This document shows, in pieces, positions 1-7,660 of a stretch of DNA of 64,000 bases. This DNA is from an uncultured Gammaproteobacteria bacterium (GTDB taxonomy: Bacteria; Cyanobacteriota; Vampirovibrionia; LMEP-6097), in contig CAZFCF010000010.1 in NCBI GenBank assembly GCA_964517685.1, positions 6,624 through 70,623 of the forward strand, given 5' to 3'. Every line of letters begins with the position of its first letter. Within the stretch, counting starts at the first letter, position 1. The notes under the pieces are model-generated. The model saw only the letters and a list, made by a program, of their open reading frames with translations, was not told where the DNA came from and ran no database searches. The translations under genes and the position numbers were made by a program.

Positions 1-681
1 GCATCTCATTCAGGTAATGAAGAAGCAAGGTTATTAGTTAGAGATTTACTTAATAAGTTTGCTAACGTCGAATCGAACTTAAAATGCGGAACCTTTGTAA
101 CTAAACACAAGAATCTAGAAAGCCGCATTCATCATAATTGCTCTGGTAAACACTCTTTGATGCTTGCTGCTTGTAAAAAGCAAAACTATTCAATAGATAA
201 CTATGATGATCTCAAACATCCTTTGCAACAAAAAATCCTTCAAGAGCTGCAACGTCTATCAGGCAAGGATTCTATAAGAACAGCTATTGATGGCTGTGGA
301 CTGCCAACTTTTTATTTAGCAATTAAAGATATGGCAAAAACTTTTTACAACTTAATTACTGATCCTGATTATCAAAGAATAATTTCTGCAATGAATCAAT
401 TTCCTTTTATCGTTGGTGGTGAAGAACAGTTTGATTCATTACTAATGAATAAGTATCCTAATAAATTTCTGGCTAAAGGCGGAGCAGAAGGTTTAATGGT
501 TGTTTGTAATCTTGAAAAACAAGAATCATTGCTTATCAAAATTATCGATGGTTCAAGTCGTGCCAAAGCATTTATCACAAATAAATTTCTAGAGGAATTA
601 AATTGGATAGAAAAAAAATCTATTCCTATCGATATCAATATTTACAATAGTAGAAAAGAAATTGTTGGCACTTATCAATAG
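1..681 (+). CDS. L-asparaginase II family protein (5' end outside window)
   Basis: Frame 1 is open from base 1 (ASHSGNEEARLL...IHHNCSGKHSLMLAAC) and runs into the listed 157..681 ORF. The HSG and NCSGKH motifs are typical of the asparaginase II family. Confidence 0.6.
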   Translation, partial: ASHSGNEEARLLVRDLLNKFANVESNLKCGTFVTKHKNLESRIHHNCSGKHSLMLAACKKQNYSIDNYDDLKHPLQQKILQELQRLSGKDSIRTAIDGCGLPTFYLAIKDMAKTFYNLITDPDYQRIISAMNQFPFIVGGEEQFDSLLMNKYPNKFLAKGGAEGLMVVCNLEKQESLLIKIIDGSSRAKAFITNKFLEELNWIEKKSIPIDINIYNSRKEIVGTYQ

Positions 682-2225
682 GACTCAATTGCTGAAGCCT
701 TGTCAATAACATCGCTTGAGTCGTCTTTGAAATATGAAACATTCCTATCTTGCAAAATAACTCGGAATGGTAAGCTGGCAAATTTCCACCAATTATCAAA
801 TTTACTACTTACCTCTTCAATATCTCTATTTGAAGCAATTTGCTGCAAATCTTGTTTTTGAGTGTGATGTAATATAAAGCGATTAAAGGAGAAGAATAAA
901 TAAAAGAAATTATCAAATTCACGATCACATTTATCTAATAGTGGTTTGATTTTAAAAGCTTTAAGAAGAGAGCTAAATATTGGCAAGACTTTAATTTTAT
1001 TCAACATACCAATCGCTCCAAAACCAGCACATAGTAAATTTCTAAAGTCAGAATGTTTTTTTGAATTCTGTTTTTTCCAGAACTCGTTTATATTAGCTGG
1101 CACTTCACCTGTTATATAGCTCAGCGAAATCAATCCCTGAGAGTAATTTGTAAGTTTAGTAGCAATCTTTTGCGAAGATTCATGATTAAAAACATTACCC
1201 AAAACACTTGCTACCATACCACCATAATTTAAAGCAGCACTAACAATGCCAACTGGCAAACTAATAATTTGACTGAAAAGTTTAGAACGAATATAAAGCC
1301 AATGATTTTCTGGTTCTTCTTGTCCAACTTTTTTAATGACAAAAGCTCCTGAAGGTTTATGAACTGTATATTCAGTAGACAAGAAAGTTTTTATTTTTTC
1401 TGAATAGCCCTTGAATAAATTAGAAACCAGTCGCTTTATTCTTTGGTTCTCTTGCTCATAAATAATATTGCTATAAGTATGATTCCTATCAGCTTTTACA
1501 AACACATTCCATAAATCACTTAAGCTAGAACGAATGCGATTATTTACAAACGTATAAATATCTTTTACATGATTTTGTTTTTCATAAAGATTTTTGGATA
1601 GAACCGGTCCGTCATAAGGTACTAAGCTCCAAACGATTTTTCTAAAATTCCAAAAAGTATTAGTGGTGATGGTATTTAAATCATCGAAGGTTTGAGCTAA
1701 CCTAGTTGGCAAGCCAAGCAAACCTTTCGTTGAATAAGGGAAAAATGCTTTGAAGAGTCCAACCCAAGGAGAAACAAAAGCATTCAGATTATATACCTTC
1801 CTGCCAAGAACCGTAGAATCAATATCGTCCACATAGTCCATTGCCACATCATCTGGCTTTGATATATTTTCACCAGGCTGAGCATAGATAGAATACTGAC
1901 AAACTTCTCGCAAACGGTGACAGAAATCTCCTAAACGTTTCAGTCCACTGGTTTTAGAATTATCCTTCAAGACATCATCTTTTATAAAAAAACTTATAAA
2001 TGATTTGAATGCCATAAGGGCAGTACCAGTTGCCGCAAAAGTAAAATTCAAATTTGATTTTTTAAGCAAACTTTTCTTACCTTGCTTCCTAAGAGCTTCT
2101 TGCATTTTATGAAAATTGAATTCTTCTTCGCTTATGTTTGATTCTTCTTTTTTAGAAAGCTCCTCAGCTAACTCAGGTTTACGTGCCATGGCAGCAGCAT
2201 CCGAAGACGCACGCAAATGAGCCAT
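675..2225 (-). CDS. hypothetical protein (516 aa, no domain recognised)
   Basis: Long uninterrupted ORF with no competing gene. Several hydrophobic stretches. The start may be the internal ATG (MARKPEL). Confidence 0.5.
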   Translation of the reverse strand: MAHLRASSDAAAMARKPELAEELSKKEESNISEEEFNFHKMQEALRKQGKKSLLKKSNLNFTFAATGTALMAFKSFISFFIKDDVLKDNSKTSGLKRLGDFCHRLREVCQYSIYAQPGENISKPDDVAMDYVDDIDSTVLGRKVYNLNAFVSPWVGLFKAFFPYSTKGLLGLPTRLAQTFDDLNTITTNTFWNFRKIVWSLVPYDGPVLSKNLYEKQNHVKDIYTFVNNRIRSSLSDLWNVFVKADRNHTYSNIIYEQENQRIKRLVSNLFKGYSEKIKTFLSTEYTVHKPSGAFVIKKVGQEEPENHWLYIRSKLFSQIISLPVGIVSAALNYGGMVASVLGNVFNHESSQKIATKLTNYSQGLISLSYITGEVPANINEFWKKQNSKKHSDFRNLLCAGFGAIGMLNKIKVLPIFSSLLKAFKIKPLLDKCDREFDNFFYLFFSFNRFILHHTQKQDLQQIASNRDIEEVSSKFDNWWKFASLPFRVILQDRNVSYFKDDSSDVIDKASAIESY

Positions 2226-2472
2226 CTGGCTAAAGCTATTAGAATTTAGCGCTGTTGGATTTATATTTATTCCTTAATTGGCTCTCTACTCACCTCAATT
2301 CGTATAGAGCTATATATATTATAGGGTTTTGTATATATGGATTACAAGGGTATTTTTCACCTTGCCTTAACTTTTGAGGCAAATTAAGGCTAAAAGCAGA
2401 TATCTTCAATATTTCTTAAAGAAATTTGTGATTACATTATTAGTCGCGGTTTGCTAGAATAAGCCAATTGTT

Positions 2473-2685
2473 ATGCCAAAACAGAAAACTAATAAATCAG
2501 CAAAAAAACGTTTCAAACTAAGTGCGAACGGTAAATTAATGTTCAAAAAATCTGGTAAGAAGCACATTAATACTCACATGTCTGCTAAACGCAAACGTAG
2601 ATTGAGAAACCCAGAAGGCGGCATTAGTAAAGATCATTACGATAAAACAATGTTGATGTTCCCTTACGCTAAGTACGCAAGATAG
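2473..2685 (+). CDS. rpmI: 50S ribosomal protein L35
   Basis: MPKQKTNKSAKKRFKLSANGK is the typical L35 N-terminus. Very basic 70 aa protein directly upstream of rplT. Confidence 0.9.
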   Translation: MPKQKTNKSAKKRFKLSANGKLMFKKSGKKHINTHMSAKRKRRLRNPEGGISKDHYDKTMLMFPYAKYAR

Positions 2686-2712
2686 TTTTTGTTTTATATA
2701 TAAGGAAATTTT

Positions 2713-3075
2713 ATGAGAGTCACAAGAGGCAATGTAAATAGAAAAAAACACAAGAAAGTTTTAAAACTGACTAAAGGCTTTGCCGGCAGTAGAGGTAAGA
2801 CATTCAGAGCTGCGATGCAAGCGATGATGCTAGCTCTTAAGCGCGCATACAAAGATCGCAAGAATAAGAAAAGAGAATTCAGAGGTCTTTGGATTCAAAG
2901 GATCAATGCTGCAGTTCAACAGTACGATCTTTCTTACAGCAGATTTATCAATGGCCTATCAAGAGCTAATGTAATCATCAATAGAAAATTACTTGCTGAA
3001 ATGGCAGTAGAAGATGAAACAGCATTTGCTGAGTTAGCTAAACTTGCTAAGCAGTCTCAAGCTGTAGCAGCGTAG
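2713..3075 (+). CDS. rplT: 50S ribosomal protein L20
   Basis: MRVTRGNVNRKKHKKVLKLTKGF...RAYKDRKNKKREFRGLWIQRINAA is the canonical L20 sequence. Confidence 0.95.
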   Translation: MRVTRGNVNRKKHKKVLKLTKGFAGSRGKTFRAAMQAMMLALKRAYKDRKNKKREFRGLWIQRINAAVQQYDLSYSRFINGLSRANVIINRKLLAEMAVEDETAFAELAKLAKQSQAVAA

Positions 3076-3085
3076 TTCATTCTGT

Positions 3086-3162
3086 GTCATTGCGAGCGAA
3101 GCGAAGCAATCCCCTTGCGTAGTAGAATGGATTGCTTCGTCGTTACACTCCTCGCAATGACG
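3086..3162. repeat. GC-rich palindromic element, full hairpin copy (GTCATTGCGAG..GCAATCC / GGATTGC..CTCGCAATGAC)
   Basis: GTCATTGCGAGCGAAGCGAAGCAATCC, a loop, then GGATTGCTTCGTCG..CTCGCAATGACG. Lies between the convergent rplT and murT-like genes. Confidence 0.85.
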
Positions 3163-4530
3163 CTAGAACTTTTGGTTTAACTCAAGTAACACCGTATAAG
3201 TTGGCAACATATAAAGATCTTCACCTGCCTTGGCATTAGCAACAAACTCATCCAAAGCCTCTTCTAGATTTGGCTTCACTTTGATATTCTTTTCTGCAAT
3301 TCCTGCATATTTAAGCCTAGTAGCCATGTCATAAGCTCTATGACCACTACAGAGAAATTCTCTTTCTGGGTTAGCTTGATGAATCAAAGCCATTTTCTCA
3401 AAGTCAGCATCCCATAACCAAGATACATCTCTACCATCAGCATAATTATCATTAATCGCGATGAGAAACTTTGCATTAGGATTTTTACACAAGTGCCTTA
3501 CTACTTCACTACAGCCCGTAGGGTTCTTAATCAAAAACACTTGATACTCTTTATCCTTATAAGTTCTTTTCTCAGATCTACCGAAAACAGTTTGGTAAGC
3601 TTCAACACCTTCTTTAATCTGCTTAAAACCAATACCAGAAGCAAATGCAGCCGCTGCTGCAGAGCTAGCATTATAGGTATTATAAAGTCCAGGTAAATGC
3701 AGGGTCACTGGCTCAGAGCTAGTATTGTTTGCAGTAAATTTCAATATTGAATAATCTGATTTCTCTTCTTGGATTTCACAACTGAAATCTACTGGAATAT
3801 TCTTACCATGGGTATCCTGCTCTAGATTTAAAATCTCTCCATCTACTGAAGTTCCAGCATTTTTAGAATACTTCATATTGAATAGAAAAATCTTTACTTG
3901 GGAATTGTTGCAAAAAGATTCTTGAATCTCTAGAACCTTGTTATCATCAGCATTTAAGACGAGTGTAATTTGCCCATTATTTATAAGTGCATTTTTGATA
4001 CCTTCGATAATTAATTTCTGCGTGCTATCTACCTCACCAAATCTATCTAATTGATCACGATAAATATTAGTTACAGCTATAACTTTAGGTTTTAAATTCT
4101 GCGCAACTTTAACAAAGGCTGCTTCATCAAGTTCAAGTGAGTAATCTGTAGTTTTTAATTTACCAAAATAATTAGTTGAGAGAACTAGTTCAGCAACAAT
4201 TCCATAATAGAGGTTCGCGCCCATATCGTTACAGATCACTGAGCCCGTCTTGTCATTGCGAGCCTTTGAAGAAGGCGTGGCAATCCAGTCTGCATGATTA
4301 GCAGCTAATATAATCTGTTTCAGAATCCCCGTACTAGTCGTTTTCCCATTAGTACCAGTAACAAAGAAAGCATAATTACCATCTTTTAGATCCTGCGCAA
4401 AGTCTTGTAAAATTTTAGGATTAACCGCCAAGGCAACTCTACCAGGAAGCGCTGAACCTTGACCTAATTTTAGAAATCTAATTAACTCTGCTACTCGCTT
4501 TGCTGCATTAGTAGCAATAAAATTCAACAT
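3163..4530 (-). CDS. murT: Mur ligase family protein, MurT-like (lipid II isoglutaminyl synthase subunit)
   Basis: GTNGKTT P-loop of Mur ligases. C-terminal ADGRDVSWLWDADFE block is typical of the MurT DUF1727 domain. Confidence 0.7.
   Translation of the reverse strand: MLNFIATNAAKRVAELIRFLKLGQGSALPGRVALAVNPKILQDFAQDLKDGNYAFFVTGTNGKTTSTGILKQIILAANHADWIATPSSKARNDKTGSVICNDMGANLYYGIVAELVLSTNYFGKLKTTDYSLELDEAAFVKVAQNLKPKVIAVTNIYRDQLDRFGEVDSTQKLIIEGIKNALINNGQITLVLNADDNKVLEIQESFCNNSQVKIFLFNMKYSKNAGTSVDGEILNLEQDTHGKNIPVDFSCEIQEEKSDYSILKFTANNTSSEPVTLHLPGLYNTYNASSAAAAAFASGIGFKQIKEGVEAYQTVFGRSEKRTYKDKEYQVFLIKNPTGCSEVVRHLCKNPNAKFLIAINDNYADGRDVSWLWDADFEKMALIHQANPEREFLCSGHRAYDMATRLKYAGIAEKNIKVKPNLEEALDEFVANAKAGEDLYMLPTYTVLLELNQKF
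4252..4290. repeat. half copy of the palindromic element inside the murT-like CDS
   Basis: GTCATTGCGAGCCTTTGAAGAAGGCGTGGCAATCCAGTC on the + strand. Read in frame on the - strand as DWIATPSSKARNDKT. Confidence 0.65.
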
Positions 4531-4533
4531 AAA

Positions 4534-4884
4534 TTACCCTGGAGGCCACTGATATCTACGACCCGCAAGAACATGAAGATGTACATGGCTAACGGTCTGC
4601 CCACCATCATCACCAACGTTATTAACTACACGATAGCCACTTTCCGCAAAGCCTTCTTGTGAAGCAATTTTACTTGCAGTGATCAAAAGTTTACCTAAAA
4701 TTTCTACATCAGAATCCTTGAAATCGTTTAAGGATTCTTTGTGAATTTTAGGAATCACTAGAATATGGTGCGGACTTGCAGGATTGATATCTCTAAATGC
4801 AAGTATCTCATCATTCTCCCAAACCTTATTTGCAGGAATTTCACCTTTGATAATTTTGCAGAAAATACATGCGTCGTTAGACAT
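4534..4884 (-). CDS. HIT family protein (histidine triad nucleotide hydrolase)
   Basis: C-terminal HVHLHVLAGR histidine-triad motif. N-terminal CIFCKII. Confidence 0.9.
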   Translation of the reverse strand: MSNDACIFCKIIKGEIPANKVWENDEILAFRDINPASPHHILVIPKIHKESLNDFKDSDVEILGKLLITASKIASQEGFAESGYRVVNNVGDDGGQTVSHVHLHVLAGRRYQWPPG

Positions 4885-4912
4885 TAATCACATTATATTA
4901 CTGATTAATGAT

Positions 4913-5464
4913 TTAATAAAATTTTTGGTAATAACCTAACGCTATTATTGCAGAATAAACTGTAACCCCTACAAAAATTTTCATTCCCAGTTCTGATGAT
5001 TTAATTTTTTCTGCAATATAAATTTTAAATGTTTCAAATTCACTTTTAAGTAATAGAACTGTTGTATTTAGGTCTTTCATTTCAGATCGGATTGCAGCTT
5101 CCATATCTTTCATATCAGATCTTATTGCAGCTTCAGTATCCTTAGCTTCAGATCTAATTAATGCTCCCATTTCTTGCATATCAGCTCTAATCGCTGCTTC
5201 AGTATCCTTCATATCAGACCTTATTGAAACCTCTATTGCTTTCATATCTGACCGTATAGAAGCTTCCGTATCTTTTACTTCTGAACGAATCAATGCTCCC
5301 ATTTCCTGCATATCAGCTCTAAGTTCCTTGATATCACCTTTTGTTGCCAAATGACTTTCAGTAAAGTCAGCTAAGACCTGAGCATGAGCATTGGCCTGCT
5401 TCTCAGGAATCCCAAGTCGTTTAAGTTTTCTTGCATAGTTTAAGCTATCGTAAGCCATATTCAT
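4913..5464 (-). CDS. DUF1640-like coiled-coil protein with C-terminal TM anchor and 11-residue repeats
   Basis: About eight tandem 11-aa units (IRSDMKDTEAA-like) and a C-terminal hydrophobic helix IFVGVTVYSAIIALGYY. N-terminus LATKGDIKEL is DUF1640-like. Confidence 0.6.
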   Translation of the reverse strand: MNMAYDSLNYARKLKRLGIPEKQANAHAQVLADFTESHLATKGDIKELRADMQEMGALIRSEVKDTEASIRSDMKAIEVSIRSDMKDTEAAIRADMQEMGALIRSEAKDTEAAIRSDMKDMEAAIRSEMKDLNTTVLLLKSEFETFKIYIAEKIKSSELGMKIFVGVTVYSAIIALGYYQKFY

Positions 5465-5612
5465 TTAATTTTATCCCCCTAATGGTTAAATTTATACCAA
5501 GAGTTAACTTAAAAATCAATATAGTGAAATCACGTAGAACCCAGTATTAATAAGGCTTAAGGTTGGACTAAGTGCAAGCACGTAACTGACAGTAAAAACA
5601 ATTCAATGACGA

Positions 5613-6839
5613 TTACAACAAATGTCCCAATTTATCTTTCTTAGTATGTAGATACTTCGAGTTATGCTTCTGCACCATACCTTTAATTGAAACTCTATCT
5701 ACAACTTCAAGTCCATAGCCTTCGATACCATAAATCTTCTTAGGGTTATTAGTAATGATTTTGATTTTCTTCAATCCAAGATCCGTAAGAATCTGCGCGC
5801 CCACACCAAAGGTTCTGAGATCAGCAGGGAAACCTAATTTATGATTGGCTTCTACAGTATCATGTCCTTGATCTTGCAATTCATAAGCTTTAAGTTTATT
5901 GAGTAAACCAATGCCTCTACCTTCTTGTCTTAAATAAACCAAAACTCCAAGACCGGCATCTTTAATCTGTTCTAGAGAATGTTGTAATTGCTCACCACAA
6001 TCACAACGTAAACTTCCAAACAAATCTCCAGTCAAACATTCACTATGCATACGCACTAGTACCGGCTCATCATTATTAATTGCTTGTTCCAAGTCTCCTA
6101 GAACCAAGGCTACATGCTCTTTCCCAGAGAGAAAATCTTTATAACCATAAATCTTAAAATGCTCTTCAAACTTAGTTGGCAAATTCACACCAACCACACG
6201 ATGAACGAATCTTTCATTCTTCAATCTATATGCAACTAAATCTGCAACAGTAATAAATTTGAGACCATGTTCTTTAGCAAAATGAAAGAGATCATCTCTT
6301 CTTGCCATTTCACCATTCTCTTTTAGAATTTCACAGATTACACCACAGGGCTTCATACCAGCTAAGCGCGCTAAATCTACCGCAGCTTCAGTATGACCAA
6401 CTCTCTTGAGCACTCCACCTTCAACTGCTCTTAAAGGAAAAATATGTCCCGGTCTGCGTAAATCTTCTGGCTTAGTCTCATCAGCAATGGCAACTTGAAT
6501 AGTTTTCGCTCTATCAAAAGTACTAATACCAGTAGTCACTCCAAATCTAGTATCCGCATCGATACTAATAGTGAAAGCAGTTTTCATGGTGTCATTATTG
6601 GCATCAACCATTTCACCAAGCTGTAAATATTCTGTGCGCTCTTTCGTCAAAGCTAAGCAAATCAAACCACGACCATACTTGGTCATAAAATTGACCATAT
6701 GGTGATCAATCATTTCTGCAGCACAAATTAAATCGCCTTCGTTTTCTCTGTCGCTATCATCTGCAACTACGACTAATTTGCCAGCTCGGATGTCTTCCAA
6801 AGCCTCATCAATAGTATTAAAGGTAATTTTGTTGTCCAT
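5613..6839 (-). CDS. ribBA: bifunctional 3,4-dihydroxy-2-butanone-4-phosphate synthase / GTP cyclohydrolase II
   Basis: DDSDRENEGDL and GHTEA motifs (DHBP synthase). HSECLTGD...CDCG zinc motif (GTP cyclohydrolase II). Confidence 0.95.
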   Translation of the reverse strand: MDNKITFNTIDEALEDIRAGKLVVVADDSDRENEGDLICAAEMIDHHMVNFMTKYGRGLICLALTKERTEYLQLGEMVDANNDTMKTAFTISIDADTRFGVTTGISTFDRAKTIQVAIADETKPEDLRRPGHIFPLRAVEGGVLKRVGHTEAAVDLARLAGMKPCGVICEILKENGEMARRDDLFHFAKEHGLKFITVADLVAYRLKNERFVHRVVGVNLPTKFEEHFKIYGYKDFLSGKEHVALVLGDLEQAINNDEPVLVRMHSECLTGDLFGSLRCDCGEQLQHSLEQIKDAGLGVLVYLRQEGRGIGLLNKLKAYELQDQGHDTVEANHKLGFPADLRTFGVGAQILTDLGLKKIKIITNNPKKIYGIEGYGLEVVDRVSIKGMVQKHNSKYLHTKKDKLGHLL

Positions 6840-6995
6840 TAGTAAACTCTATATATTTAAAGTATGCCACACGGTGGCGTTCCTTCATTCGGCTAATCAG
6901 GAGCAAGCTCCTGTTCGCCTTCATTCAGTATAACTCTTAAATAGCTTCGTAGCCTTTACCAAAACTTAACCTAATTTTGTTTTTCTTTTATTACT

Positions 6996-7229
6996 ATGGG
7001 AATGTCATCAGCACAAGGTCTTAGTCCAAATACAGCGCCTCCAGCTCCACTTGCACCAAATACATCTCAACCAACGCAACCAGATTCAACAATGCAAAAC
7101 GTTAGGGATCTTAATAAAAAGCGCGAGACTCCAAAAGGCTTTGGACCAGGTGAAGAAGGTAGATCTAATGCTGCTGCTTTTACTAGACCTGGATCTAGTT
7201 TTGGCAAGAATCCTAAAGATTCTGACTAA
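6996..7229 (+). CDS. small Pro/Gly-rich hypothetical protein
   Basis: ORF only, low complexity. Overlapped by two alternative-frame ORFs. No Shine-Dalgarno. Confidence 0.25.
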   Translation: MGMSSAQGLSPNTAPPAPLAPNTSQPTQPDSTMQNVRDLNKKRETPKGFGPGEEGRSNAAAFTRPGSSFGKNPKDSD

Positions 7230-7290
7230 ACTAAAAATTTTTAATTTAGATCTTAACCAAACTTTAAAACAAAATTGATTTCTTAAAAAC

Positions 7291-7602
7291 ATGGAATTCT
7301 TCGACGACACAGTAAATACTTCAAGTTTCAAAAGTGAAGCAGGCAACCAAGCTGAGTTGGTTACTTCATTCTTTAATAGCTACACCGACGACAAAGAACT
7401 TGGGTTCTATCAGGCGATGATAGTTGATCTTTACCGAGCAATCACTTGCTACAGAATGTACGATAGCCTTGAAGAATTCATGGCAATTAATCCAGAACTT
7501 AATGACTGCAAAGAAGATATTGAAGAGCTTTGGAAAGAATTCGACAAGCTTACTGAACCAGAATTGGCTGACGTGGCGCTTGAGTTATTGAAAGACCTTT
7601 AA
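7291..7602 (+). CDS. hypothetical acidic protein (103 aa)
   Basis: Clean ORF filling the gap before lysA. No recognisable domain. Confidence 0.45.
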   Translation: MEFFDDTVNTSSFKSEAGNQAELVTSFFNSYTDDKELGFYQAMIVDLYRAITCYRMYDSLEEFMAINPELNDCKEDIEELWKEFDKLTEPELADVALELLKDL

Positions 7603-7626
7603 GCAAATGCCGTATGGCTTGCTCAT

Positions 7627-7655
7627 GGGGATTGCTTCGCTGCGCTCGCAATGAC
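7627..7655. repeat. half copy (right arm) of the palindromic element
   Basis: GGGGATTGCTTCGCTGCGCTCGCAATGAC directly after the lysA stop codon. Confidence 0.65.
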
Positions 7656-7660
7656 GATTA

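Noticed and set aside
6841-6995. Canonical FMN (RFN) riboswitch upstream of ribBA.
   Set aside because: The conserved RFN core strings could not be found on the minus strand. The region is kept only as an unexplained structured leader.
7051-7346. Alternative ORFs 7051-7278 (+) and 7086-7346 (-) overlapping the small 6996-7229 ORF.
   Set aside because: They are low-complexity products with mutually exclusive frames and no motifs. At most one can be real, and even the chosen one is low confidence.
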